A stretch of DNA of 64,000 bases from Candidatus Limnocylindrales bacterium (lineage in GTDB: Bacteria; Moduliflexota; Moduliflexia; Moduliflexales; JAUQPW01), in assembly GCA_035559535.1 (NCBI GenBank), contig DATMBG010000051.1, forward strand, positions 372,001 to 436,000, given 5' to 3'. The position numbers and the translations under genes were made by a program. Below, piece by piece: positions 10,506 to 20,041 of this stretch; position 1 is the stretch's first letter, and the number at the start of each line of letters is the position of its first letter. The notes beneath the pieces are model-generated. The model saw nothing but the letters and a program-made list of their open reading frames with translations. It did no database searches and was not told the DNA's origin.

Positions 10506-10985
10506 ATGAGGCCAGTTCAGCTTAAAAAGAACCAGTTGGGTTTTACTCTAATTGAATTACTGGTGGTAGTCACCATTATCGGTATTATTGCAACTATAGC
10601 CGTTCCGAATTTATTAAATGCCACTCAAAGGGCTCGACAACGTAGAACCATGGGAGACATGAAAACCATCGCCAATGCCATAGCCCAGTATCTTCAAGAT
10701 AACAGTATTGTACCTCTGGGAGGTTCGATAGGAACTACTGTTACAACTCCAAATACCAGTCTTAACAACGTATTAATTCCCACTTATATAACGGCTATTC
10801 CAGACCGGGATGGCTGGGGTAATCCTTTTCGTTATATTGTATCGGCCAGAGATTCTTATACCCTTGAAAGTAGAGGGCGAGACGGGATTAATAACGTTAA
10901 CGCAACAAGGAATGACCAAAATTGGGATCATGACCTCATGCTGAGTAATGGAATATTTATTGCCTCCCCGGACTCCGGTACCTAA
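10506..10985 (+). CDS. Type II secretion GspG-like pseudopilin / type IV pilin
   Basis: Prepilin cleavage motif G-FTLIELLVV, hydrophobic helix, DGWGNPF and SRGRDG motifs; AAGGAG RBS. Confidence 0.85.
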   Translation: MRPVQLKKNQLGFTLIELLVVVTIIGIIATIAVPNLLNATQRARQRRTMGDMKTIANAIAQYLQDNSIVPLGGSIGTTVTTPNTSLNNVLIPTYITAIPDRDGWGNPFRYIVSARDSYTLESRGRDGINNVNATRNDQNWDHDLMLSNGIFIASPDSGT

Positions 10986-11049
10986 CCCATCGAAGGAAAA
11001 AGCAAACAGGCAAGCATGGATCTTTTTTACTTAGAGGGGGTACTTTATT

Positions 11050-11273
11050 TCGTTCCCAGGCTCTGCTTCAACGGTATTAAGTTAAGAGCAGGTAATAAGG
11101 TGGAAGGTTTTTTAGCTCCTTAGGGAGCATCCTGTTAAACAGGACGCTCTGAAGGGGCTTTAAGGCTATTTAGAATTTTGTAGCTATTAACAGGCCATTC
11201 CTGGCACCTATGTCCCTCACTCCCCTTCCCCCCTCTCCTGAAGCTTCAGGAGGGGGAGGAAGGGGAGTGAGGG
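11050..11273. repeat. Cluster of REP-like palindromes
   Basis: Near-perfect 60-nt hairpin 11214-11273; CATCCTGTTAAACAGGACGC core shared with 20838-20857; TCGTTCCCAGGCTCTGC half-palindrome. Confidence 0.6.
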
Positions 11274-11311
11274 AAGGTAACCTGCGATTCGATGTTTCTC
11301 ACCGGATAGAG

Positions 11312-11500
11312 TTACCTTCCATTCTGTTCCATCAATTTAGCCACCAGCCCTGTCCAACCCGTCTGATGACTGGCTCCAATGCCTGCACCGTTATCTCCGT
11401 GAAAGTATTCATAAAACAAAACAAGATCCTGCCAGTATGGATCTTTTTGGAATTTTTCTGTACCTCCCTAAACAGGTCGGCGACCCTCAGGACCTCTGGC
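11312..11500 (-). pseudogene. C-terminal remnant of a GH63/MGH1-like glycoside hydrolase
   Basis: Hand translation: [60 protein letters not shown]; in-frame TAG; 5' part missing. Confidence 0.8.
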
Positions 11501-11513
11501 CGGAGTTATCGTT

Positions 11514-12734
11514 TTAATGTTTAACAAATGGAACCCCCTCCGCAGCCGGTGGGGTAGCACGTCCAATAAGACCTGCCAATACGATCATGGTTACCAGATA
11601 GGGAATCATACTGAGGAACTGATAGGGAACCTGGACGCCGGAGATTTGTAGCTTGATCTGAAGGGCATCAGCAAATCCAAATAGAAGGGCGCCCCCAAAG
11701 GCCCCCCCTGGATTCCATTTTCCAAAGATCATAGCTGCCAGGGCGATAAATCCTTTGCCTTCGGTCATCATATCATCAAAGTTACCCACCGTTTCCAGCG
11801 AGAACCAGGCCCCTCCAAGCCCTGCGAGGAAACCACCCACTATGACATTGATATATCGTATTTTGAAAACAGAGACTCCCAATGTATCGGCCGCCTGGGG
11901 ATGCTCACCCACCGCACGGGTTCGTAACCCCCAACGGGTATAGAAGATAAGAACATGCAAGGTAGGAACCAGGATTAATAAGGCATATACCATGGGTTGA
12001 TTACGGAAGAAGACTTGACCGATGAGAGGCAGGTCCGAGAGAACAGGAATCTGCCAGGCCGGAAAAACCGGGGGAGCTGGTAAAGGGCTATCCACAATAA
12101 AAGCCTTGCGAATAAATCCGGTAATTCCAATGGCCAGAATATTAAGGATCATCCCGCTGATAATTTGGTTTACTAAAAATCGAATGGAGAGTACGGCATG
12201 GAGGGCAGCCGTAAGGCCACCGGATAGGACGGCAATAATCAATCCCAACCAAATGTTTTGTGTATAAAGAGCTGCCACAAATCCTGTACATGCTGCAGTG
12301 AGCATCATCCCCTCAATAGCCACGTTTATCACTCCGGAGCGTTCGCAAAGGATACCTGCCAGAGCACCTAAACCGATCGGTGTGGCTAACCGCAAACTTT
12401 GTGCAAGCATCCCGATTACATCGATCTGTCGTCCCGCACCGGCCCAGATAAGTACAATAAACACCATGAGGAATGGTGCGATTCTCCGGGGCAGGAGCTG
12501 AAAAACCCTCCCTAATCTTTTCTCCAGCCGGAAGGAAAATGGGAGTGGGGCATACAAAATCCCCAGGATAATAGAAATCATTCCACACATCAGAAAGGTA
12601 AATTGGGTGGGGAGTTTTAGGGTTCCCAGGGTAGAGAAGCGCAAAGAGGAGGTCATATGGGGTGCCATAGCTGAAGCACTCCATAAGAGAAACACACCGA
12701 AGAGTAAATAAAACAGGCCCAAGTTAGAAAGCAA
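11514..12734 (-). CDS. Nucleoside/simple-sugar ABC transporter permease 2 (NupC/YufQ type)
   Basis: ERSGVINVAIEGMML, GLRTRAVGEHPQAADTLG, GKGFIALAAMIFGKW, PAAEG. Confidence 0.9.
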   Translation of the reverse strand: MLSNLGLFYLLFGVFLLWSASAMAPHMTSSLRFSTLGTLKLPTQFTFLMCGMISIILGILYAPLPFSFRLEKRLGRVFQLLPRRIAPFLMVFIVLIWAGAGRQIDVIGMLAQSLRLATPIGLGALAGILCERSGVINVAIEGMMLTAACTGFVAALYTQNIWLGLIIAVLSGGLTAALHAVLSIRFLVNQIISGMILNILAIGITGFIRKAFIVDSPLPAPPVFPAWQIPVLSDLPLIGQVFFRNQPMVYALLILVPTLHVLIFYTRWGLRTRAVGEHPQAADTLGVSVFKIRYINVIVGGFLAGLGGAWFSLETVGNFDDMMTEGKGFIALAAMIFGKWNPGGAFGGALLFGFADALQIKLQISGVQVPYQFLSMIPYLVTMIVLAGLIGRATPPAAEGVPFVKH

Positions 12735-12745
12735 AAATCAAATTG

Positions 12746-13789
12746 TCAGTTGATTCGATATATCCAGCGCACAATTTGATTTGCTGCAATAAACATAATG
12801 ACCAGAGCTTGTATTATACTGATCAGATCAATGGAGATTCCGGTTCGAACCTGCATCAGACCGGCCCCATTCCGGAGACCACCCCAAAGAAAGGCCGAAG
12901 GTATAATACCTATAGGGTTCGATTTGGCCAATAAAGCGACTGCGATGGCATCAAACCCATAGCCGGCAGAAAAAGCTGCCGGTAGGGTATGATTCAGCCC
13001 CAATACTTCCCCTACCCCGGCCAATCCGGCCATGGCCCCGGCCATGGCCATGGCCAGAACTATATTACCGCCTACATTCATCCCGGCATATCTGGCCGCG
13101 CCGGGATTGGCTCCGACCGTGCGAATCTCAAAACCCAGGGTCGTCTTGAATAATAACCAGTGGGTAAAAACAACAGCTGCCAGTGCCAGGAGAAAACCGG
13201 CATGCAATCGATAATCGGGTCCAAAAATTCTCGGTAGCTGGGCTGTCGGAAGAATGTAAGGCGTACGATCCATGCTGGCCGCAGGATCACGAAAGACATT
13301 TTTTACCAAATAATCCACCAGTTTGAGGGCAATATAATTCATCATGATGGTATTGATTACCTCATGGGCACCTAATTTGGCTTTAAGGAGACCCGGAATG
13401 GAACCCCAAACACCCCCACTTATAGCTCCAACAACCAGAGCTAAGGGTAAATGAAGCCAGGCAGGTAATCCCTGTACGGCATAACCCACAATCACGGAGG
13501 CCAGGGCTCCCATATAAAACTGCCCTTCCGCGCCGATATTAAACAAACCCCCTTGAAATCCTATGGCAACCGCAAGGCCTGTTAACAGGTAAGGAGTCGC
13601 AGCAACACACGTCTCGATAAGCGCACGCCGTGATCCAATCATTCCCTCAAACAAACCCCGATAGGCTTCAAGAAAGTTGACTCCACTTATTTCGATCAGG
13701 ACGGCACCCAGGATTAATGCCGTACATACGGCCAGGATAGGGATGAGGATTTCTCTAAAGATCGGTACCATCTGCCTTCTACTTTTCAT
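12746..13789 (-). CDS. Nucleoside/simple-sugar ABC transporter permease 1 (NupB/YufP type)
   Basis: GLFNIGAEGQF, HEVINTIMMNY, GFEIRTVGANPGAARYAG, GYGFDAIAVALL. Confidence 0.9.
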   Translation of the reverse strand: MKSRRQMVPIFREILIPILAVCTALILGAVLIEISGVNFLEAYRGLFEGMIGSRRALIETCVAATPYLLTGLAVAIGFQGGLFNIGAEGQFYMGALASVIVGYAVQGLPAWLHLPLALVVGAISGGVWGSIPGLLKAKLGAHEVINTIMMNYIALKLVDYLVKNVFRDPAASMDRTPYILPTAQLPRIFGPDYRLHAGFLLALAAVVFTHWLLFKTTLGFEIRTVGANPGAARYAGMNVGGNIVLAMAMAGAMAGLAGVGEVLGLNHTLPAAFSAGYGFDAIAVALLAKSNPIGIIPSAFLWGGLRNGAGLMQVRTGISIDLISIIQALVIMFIAANQIVRWIYRIN

Positions 13790-13793
13790 TTAT

Positions 13794-15374
13794 TTATTTT
13801 ATTCCAGCCATCCACAACCCTAAAACTTCTCGGGATGCCTCTTTCGCATCCACGGTAGCAAGGATATGACCTCGATACATTACGGCAATTCGATCCGAGA
13901 GGGATAAAATCTCATCCAAATCTACAGAAACCAGAAGGACCGCGCATCCTTGATCCCGCTTCCGTAGGATCTGCTTGTGAATAAATTCTATAGATCCAAC
14001 ATCCAGGCCGCGGGTAGGCTGGGCGGCAATCAGTAGGATAATCGATCGAGAGAATTCCCGGGCAACAACCATTTTCTGTTGATTACCGCCGGACAGATTC
14101 CCGGCTCTAATGAAAATGCTAGGGGTCCGAATATCAAACTCCGTAACCAGACGCATTGCATGTTCTTCAATAGCCGCCTGGTTCCTTACAATCCCTCGTG
14201 CAAAAGGTTTTTGGTAATAGATATTGAGAACCAGGTTATCGGTCAGGGGGTAGCTATCCACCATGCCATAGGTATGGCGATCTTCGGGAATATGGGCCAC
14301 ACCTTGTTCCAGGATTTTCCTCGGACCCGAATAGCCGGAGTGAATAAAGGGGGTCATATCAACTCCGTTTATGTGGATACTACCGGCGATTGTTTTTCGC
14401 AAACCGGTCAAGGCTTCAACTAACTCCGTCTGTCCATTACCTTGTACTCCAGCGATCCCCAGAATTTCGCCTGGATAAATATCCAGGGATACTCCTTTCA
14501 CAGCGACAGAACCACGATCATCTGTCACCTGCAAATCCTGAACATGCAAGACAGGTTTTCGGTCGGATACTTCCCTCTGAAACTCCAGGGGTTTTTTCTC
14601 TACGGCCAGAATAACCTCACGTCCCACCATCATGGAAGCCAGTTGGGTTTCCGTAGTTTCCTTAGAGGTTGTCGTTCCCACCACCCGCCCATTGCGTAAG
14701 ACGGTGATACGATGGGCCACATGGAAGACTTCCCTTAGTTTATGGGTAATAAAGATGATGGATTTGCCTTGCCGGGCCAGTGAACTTAGGGTACGGAATA
14801 AATTTTCAGATTCTTCTGGAGTCAGTACCGCCGTGGGCTCATCCAAAATCAGAATGTCCGCCCAAATCGAGCTTTTGGACTTAGATTCTCCGTTGGATTG
14901 TCGATAAAGGGCCTTAAGGATTTCCACTCGCTGACGAATACCTACGGGTAGATCCTGGATAAGAGCTTGAGGATCAACTTCCAGATGGTATTGCTCGGAT
15001 AACTCCCGAATTCGATCTGCCGCCTGCTTCAAATCCAGAAACAAGCCTCCCCGCGTTACTTCATTTCCGAGAATTATATTTTCGGTAACGGTCATAACCG
15101 GTACCAGCATGAAGTGCTGGTGGACCATTCCGATACCATGGGCAATAGCATCCTTGGGACTCGTCAAATGGACTTTGGTTCCATTCAAGAAAATCTGACC
15201 CTCATCCGGCCTGTAGAGGCCATACAGGATATTCATCAAGGTTGTCTTACCGGAGCCGTTTTCACCCAAGAGGGCATGAATCTCTCCCTTCTCCAATCGG
15301 AAATCCACATGATCATTAGCCACCACCCCGGGGAATCGCTTTGTGATTCCCCGCATTTCCAATACCAAAGTCAC
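13794..15374 (-). CDS. CUT2-type ABC transporter ATP-binding protein (NupA/YufO type)
   Basis: GENGSGKT, GMVHQHFMLV, LDEPTAVL, GVQGNGQ, LSGGNQQK, AQPTRGLDVG; two fused NBDs. Confidence 0.93.
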   Translation of the reverse strand: MTLVLEMRGITKRFPGVVANDHVDFRLEKGEIHALLGENGSGKTTLMNILYGLYRPDEGQIFLNGTKVHLTSPKDAIAHGIGMVHQHFMLVPVMTVTENIILGNEVTRGGLFLDLKQAADRIRELSEQYHLEVDPQALIQDLPVGIRQRVEILKALYRQSNGESKSKSSIWADILILDEPTAVLTPEESENLFRTLSSLARQGKSIIFITHKLREVFHVAHRITVLRNGRVVGTTTSKETTETQLASMMVGREVILAVEKKPLEFQREVSDRKPVLHVQDLQVTDDRGSVAVKGVSLDIYPGEILGIAGVQGNGQTELVEALTGLRKTIAGSIHINGVDMTPFIHSGYSGPRKILEQGVAHIPEDRHTYGMVDSYPLTDNLVLNIYYQKPFARGIVRNQAAIEEHAMRLVTEFDIRTPSIFIRAGNLSGGNQQKMVVAREFSRSIILLIAAQPTRGLDVGSIEFIHKQILRKRDQGCAVLLVSVDLDEILSLSDRIAVMYRGHILATVDAKEASREVLGLWMAGIK

Positions 15375-15382
15375 TAAAGCCT

Positions 15383-15533
15383 ATACCTTTTCAAGTTGAA
15401 AATGGTCCTTTTGGAGGGTTATGGCCAGCAACCCCAGGAGCGAAGCGATCTGTTGAAGCCAGAAGATAGCTTCGGTTCCCATCACTCCCTGTAAGGACAG
15501 TTCCGGTATCCCAAGATCAACTGGAAAAGGTAT
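15383..15533. mobile_element. 151-bp MITE-like element with 17-bp TIRs
   Basis: ATACCTTTTCAAGTTGA (15383-15399) vs TCAACTGGAAAAGGTAT (15517-15533), 16/17; internal GAGCGAAGCGATCT...AGATAGCTTCG palindrome. Confidence 0.62.
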
Positions 15534-15623
15534 GAGAAGGTAAAAGGCCGAAGTAAAAACACTTTAATTTTTTCAGATCCTATTCCCGGTTTTTGTCTTG
15601 TGCCTTTCCCTCCTCGCCTTTTT

Positions 15624-16628
15624 CTAGACCCCTGTTTTAATCTTCCCCGCCTTTAACCCATCGGCAATTTCTCTGAGTCTGGCTTTTACCGTATCGGGAA
15701 CGGCCGTCTCGGTTTCATGGAAGGGAGCCAATCCAATACCATCATTACCGGCATTGAATAGAGCCGTTCCTCCCTTAAAAGAGCCGTCAACAGCCGCTTT
15801 CACGGCACCATATACAGCATTGTCCACACGCTTCATGGCACTGGACAGTAATTTTTTAGCCCCGGGAGCTTCCCCTTTTTTGAAGGTGGTCATATACTCA
15901 TCCTGATCCACGCCAATGACCCATACCCCTGCCTGGGCAGCACCCAGAATCGCCCCAGAGCCAGTTGTACCACCCCCACCGAAGATCACATCTGCACCTT
16001 CGTCGATCTGGGAAAGCGCAGCAGATTTACCCCGTGCCGGATCGGTAAAACTATCAATATAAACGGCCAGTACTTTACAGTCCGGGCAGACGTACTTTAC
16101 CCCGGCTTCGTAACCTTTTCTAAATCGAACTACCGGCGGAATCTCCATTCCGAGGACGGCTCCCACAATTTTACTCTTGGTCATAAGACCTGCCAGCGAA
16201 CCAGCCAGGAAGCCTGCTTGATCTTCTGCAAAGATAAGACCCAGAATATTAGGAACCGATGGGTCGTAGGCAAAATCTACAATGGCAAACTTCACATTGG
16301 GATATTTCTGGGCCATTTTCTTGGTCGCATCCCCAACCAGAAAACCCACCGTGATAATCATCTCATACCCTTCGGATATAAGCTGTTCAATGTTTTTTTC
16401 ATAATCTGTAGGCTGGCGTGTTTCAATAAAAGCGCTTTTAAGACCAAACTCTTGAACGGCCCGCATCATGCCTTTATAGGCGGATTCATTGAAAGTACCA
16501 TCATTTATCTTGCCTACATCGGTCACCAAACCCACTTTCGTTATATTGGCCGCAGAGACCTGTGATATACCCTGTCCCAGTAAAAGGATTAAGCCCAGTC
16601 CTACTAACTTAAGTAATTTTTTTCCCAT
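15624..16628 (-). CDS. BMP family (PnrA/TmpC-like) nucleoside-binding protein
   Basis: Signal peptide without lipobox Cys; GKINDGTFNESAY, VGFL, FAEDQAGFLAG, FTDPARGK, IGVDQDEY, SAMKRVD; AAGGAG RBS before ATG 16628. Confidence 0.92.
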   Translation of the reverse strand: MGKKLLKLVGLGLILLLGQGISQVSAANITKVGLVTDVGKINDGTFNESAYKGMMRAVQEFGLKSAFIETRQPTDYEKNIEQLISEGYEMIITVGFLVGDATKKMAQKYPNVKFAIVDFAYDPSVPNILGLIFAEDQAGFLAGSLAGLMTKSKIVGAVLGMEIPPVVRFRKGYEAGVKYVCPDCKVLAVYIDSFTDPARGKSAALSQIDEGADVIFGGGGTTGSGAILGAAQAGVWVIGVDQDEYMTTFKKGEAPGAKKLLSSAMKRVDNAVYGAVKAAVDGSFKGGTALFNAGNDGIGLAPFHETETAVPDTVKARLREIADGLKAGKIKTGV

Positions 16629-16699
16629 CTTCGTTTCTCCTTTCTTACTATACTTTTGCATTTTCTCGTAAGCCATGGATTTTATTTATCCACGAAAGA

Positions 16700-16795
16700 C
16701 TATGAGAGTACTGAAGTGTGGAAGTGAGGGGGGGGGTATAGGGAGATTTACCCTTATACCCCATACCCCCCACAACTCCTATACTCCCATACTCT
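16700..16795. repeat. Inverted array of degenerate ~8-nt repeats
   Basis: TATGAGAG/TGTGGAAG/TATAGGGAG units opposed by CCCCATAC/CTCCTATA/CTCCCATA units. Confidence 0.5.
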
Positions 16796-16860
16796 TTGTG
16801 GTCCTCCCTGGAGGCATATTTAAAAACGGCAAAAGTATAGGATCTGTTAAAATAGGTTTT

Positions 16861-17829
16861 TCAGTAAAAAACCGTTCGCGTTCTATGTCTCGGTTTTATC
16901 CTCTTATAATAAGGTTGTTGTCCTCGATTCCAGAGAAGATAGTCTAATTTCATGGCCGTGACTTCCTGTCCCGATCTTTTTAGCTCTTGAACCAAAAGTT
17001 CCACGGCATGAACAGCACACGCCCGAATTTCGACTTCCTCGGGAGAACGAAAAGGAATCAACTCTTCGGCGTCAATCCGTACGGCTAATTCTTCAGTATA
17101 ACGCAGAATACCATCCACCCGGAGAACATGGGGTACCAGATTATCCGCAAAGATGGTCAAGCGGTCCAAATCGTAAAATCGACCAGGTCCCTCCCCACCA
17201 AAGGCCAGGTGAAGATCTGCAGCCATCAACTGGGCCCGTTTATAGAACGGTACCATCCCCTCGCCATACGGTTCGATATCGTTAAAGTAGGGCATTTTAA
17301 TCAGTAGCTGTATCAGTCGCTCCGCCGATGAATCCGCCGCTTCAACTAAACCAACAAAGCTTCCATCAAAATCCTCAAGCACATACCGACCGAGGTCATT
17401 CAAGGCCGTAGCAAAAAGCTGCATAAGCTCCCGCACCGGCTCGTTTTGAAGATCTTGATGGAATATTTTTGCACAATCTTCTAAGGTCAGCCGAACCAGT
17501 TCCTGCGGGGAAAGCGGCCCATGATTTTTATAGTAATCGTTGAGGGAAGAAGCAACAGTGAAGTATCCCGACATACCGGGGCGTTTACGTAAGTACGGAA
17601 AATAGCCGGATCCAAAGTTAATCGTATCCAGTGTCAAAAGGAAGGCAACCGTATCCTCTCCATGGCCTAAATAATGGCAATTTGCATCCAACTCTGGAGA
17701 TTTAATTTGTTCTAAAGGTAGAGAAGCCGCATAGGATGGAATACGATCGTAGTGAATACGAACATGGGTTGCCTTCTCGGCCACGGTTTTGCAGGCAGTT
17801 CGGACCTTTTCTGTCAAACTCACTTCCAT
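16861..17829 (-). CDS. qng1: Queuosine salvage protein, queuosine 5'-phosphate N-glycosylase/hydrolase (DUF2419, C9orf64-like)
   Basis: LDTINFGSG, GYF, FYKRAQL, TIFADNLVPHVL, EVEIRA, LDYLLW and C-terminal HRTRTVFY, the characteristic DUF2419 motif series. Confidence 0.9.
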   Translation of the reverse strand: MEVSLTEKVRTACKTVAEKATHVRIHYDRIPSYAASLPLEQIKSPELDANCHYLGHGEDTVAFLLTLDTINFGSGYFPYLRKRPGMSGYFTVASSLNDYYKNHGPLSPQELVRLTLEDCAKIFHQDLQNEPVRELMQLFATALNDLGRYVLEDFDGSFVGLVEAADSSAERLIQLLIKMPYFNDIEPYGEGMVPFYKRAQLMAADLHLAFGGEGPGRFYDLDRLTIFADNLVPHVLRVDGILRYTEELAVRIDAEELIPFRSPEEVEIRACAVHAVELLVQELKRSGQEVTAMKLDYLLWNRGQQPYYKRIKPRHRTRTVFY

Positions 17830-17902
17830 TCCTTTCTTTCAAAGGCGTAAAGAACGTCCCAGGCTACTACCTTCTTCACGCCTTTGCAAGCAATCCCGAA
17901 AA

Positions 17903-18766
17903 TTAACGGGCGGTTCCTGGCTTTACGGTAGCTGCCAGCTTTTCCAGAGCATCTATCGCCTCAGCTTCAGGCAAGGAAGGGATCAGATGCAAAACCCGAT
18001 TAACTCCTACTTCGGCATAACGGGCGTTGGAGTCAGGATTCGGATCGGCCCGATAAATGGTGATACTGATGGATTTCGGATCTCGACCTGCGGCCATAGC
18101 CAGACGATCCAACTCCCTACGTCCTTCGGCGACCTTTTCCAGGCTGATATAATTTCCTCGTGGTAGCCAGCCATCCCCCCATTCGATGACACGCTTAAAA
18201 ACGTTGGCCGCTTCACCACCTAAAATAACAGGTGGATGGGGTTTTTGAACGGGTTTGGGATAACACCAGACCGGAGGAAATTTATAGTAAGATCCTTGAT
18301 AAGAAGACTCATCCTGGGTCCACAGGGCTTTCATAGCGAGAACGGCATCTTTGGTCTGACGCCAGCGGTGTTCAAAATCCCCACCCATGATCTCGGTTTC
18401 TTCTTTCAACCAGCCGGCCCCTACTCCAAACAAAAACCGACCTTTAGATATCAAGTCCAGCGTTGCGACTTCTTTAGCTAACAATATCGGATTACGCTCC
18501 GGTACCAGACAAATCCCCGTAGCTATTTTCAGTTTCTGGGTTGCAGCCGCTGCCGCTCCCAGAGCAACAAAAGGATCGACCAATTGCTTGTAAAATTCTG
18601 GAAGCTTCCCATCTGGACTTCCTGGAAATCGGGTTTCCATATGGACGGGGATAATGGGATGCTCCGGAATCCATAGGGATTCAAATCCCAAAGCTTCGGC
18701 CTTCTGGGCCAGGGTAATAATATCAATGGACTTGTGGGTTACAAACATGATAATACCGATATCCAT
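17903..18766 (-). CDS. LLM-class probable F420-dependent oxidoreductase (Rv2161c-like)
   Basis: GFESLWIPEH, DPFVAL, AKEVATLDLISKGRFLFGVGAGW, PKPVQKPHPP, WGDGW. Confidence 0.85.
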   Translation of the reverse strand: MDIGIIMFVTHKSIDIITLAQKAEALGFESLWIPEHPIIPVHMETRFPGSPDGKLPEFYKQLVDPFVALGAAAAATQKLKIATGICLVPERNPILLAKEVATLDLISKGRFLFGVGAGWLKEETEIMGGDFEHRWRQTKDAVLAMKALWTQDESSYQGSYYKFPPVWCYPKPVQKPHPPVILGGEAANVFKRVIEWGDGWLPRGNYISLEKVAEGRRELDRLAMAAGRDPKSISITIYRADPNPDSNARYAEVGVNRVLHLIPSLPEAEAIDALEKLAATVKPGTAR

Positions 18767-18844
18767 AATTTTACTCCGTTCTTAGTAAAGGTTTAAAGAT
18801 TGGTTTTTATTTAAAGTATCCGTCTCTCAACCCGGTTACCCAGC

Positions 18845-19837
18845 TCACCTTTTCCGCTCCTCACTCCGATCCGTAGCCGGTGGAGGTTCTGGAGATAGGG
18901 CCGAGATCTCTGCACGAAGCTCCGGCGTCATGTTGATTTCCAGAGCCTTGAGAGAATCTTCCAACTGGGTAACGTTCCGTGCACCCAGAATGGGAGCCGT
19001 AATTGCCGGATGACTGGCAACCCAGGCTACGGCAAGTCCGGCCGGATTGAAACCTCGCTCTTTGGCAAAATGGACAAACTTCTGAGCCACTTCATACATC
19101 CAATCCTCACCGTAACGGTTCTGATACATTTTACTTTCAAAGAAGCGACTCTTAGGGGAAGTTCCATGGGCATCGGGTTGAGGTCGAGAGGTATATTTTC
19201 CGGTCAACAGACCACCTCCCAAAGGACTATAGGAAATAACCCCGATGTTCTCGGACTGGGCCATGGGTAAGATCTCCACCTCGGCCTGACGCTTGACCAG
19301 ATTGTACATGGGTTGAATACACTTAAACTGAACCCAACCTTCTTTGGCAGATATGCCCAACGCTTTGGCAACTTGCCAGGCCGCAAAGTTGCTGGCTCCA
19401 GTGTAAAGAACTTTCCCTTGAGAAACCAAATCATCCAGGGCCCGTAAGGATTCTTCCAAAGCTACTGAAGTATCAAAATGATGCAGAAAATAAAGATCCA
19501 CGTAATCTGTCTTGAGCCGTTTCAAACTGGCCTCAATCGCCGCCATGATATGACGTCGAGAAGTACCTCCACTGTTAATATCAGAACCCATGGGGGCATA
19601 AACCTTGGTCGTAATAATCACTTCATCCCGACAACCCGAAATAAGCTCCCCTAAAATCTCTTCAGCACGTCCTTTTCCATAAACATTGGCACAATCAAAG
19701 AAATTGATTCCTACTTCCCGACAACGATGGAACATGGCTGCCGATGCTTCCTTGTCGGCATCGGTCCCGAAAGACATGGTTCCAAAACACAGGCTGGAAA
19801 CCTTGACGCCGGTATTACCCAGGATTTTATATTTCAT
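18845..19837 (-). CDS. Aldo/keto reductase
   Basis: LCFGTM, FFDCANVY, ITTK, SLKRLKTDYVDLYFLH, GASNF, YSPLGGGLL, PILGA. Confidence 0.93.
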   Translation of the reverse strand: MKYKILGNTGVKVSSLCFGTMSFGTDADKEASAAMFHRCREVGINFFDCANVYGKGRAEEILGELISGCRDEVIITTKVYAPMGSDINSGGTSRRHIMAAIEASLKRLKTDYVDLYFLHHFDTSVALEESLRALDDLVSQGKVLYTGASNFAAWQVAKALGISAKEGWVQFKCIQPMYNLVKRQAEVEILPMAQSENIGVISYSPLGGGLLTGKYTSRPQPDAHGTSPKSRFFESKMYQNRYGEDWMYEVAQKFVHFAKERGFNPAGLAVAWVASHPAITAPILGARNVTQLEDSLKALEINMTPELRAEISALSPEPPPATDRSEERKR

Positions 19838-20041
19838 CCAAAATCCTTATCCCTCAAACCTGCAAAGTGAATGATGGTAAACCGTCCCCCCTGCAAAGTC
19901 TGGGTTTACTTTCTCCTTTTAAGAATTACGCCGTCAACCTTAACCAAATCTATAATATAAAATAGGTTTGTCTATAAAAAATGTTGACAGGAACAAATCA
20001 GGGTATAAAAATTTTTCAAACCCTAGCAAGAAATTATTCTT

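Noticed and set aside
11210-11524. 104-aa plus-strand ORF
   Set aside because: Composed of a hairpin repeat plus the antisense of the GH63 remnant
16629-17902. preQ1 riboswitch upstream of qng1 or the BMP gene
   Set aside because: No preQ1-I stem-loop with A-rich tail recognisable by eye; an Rfam scan would be needed to exclude it
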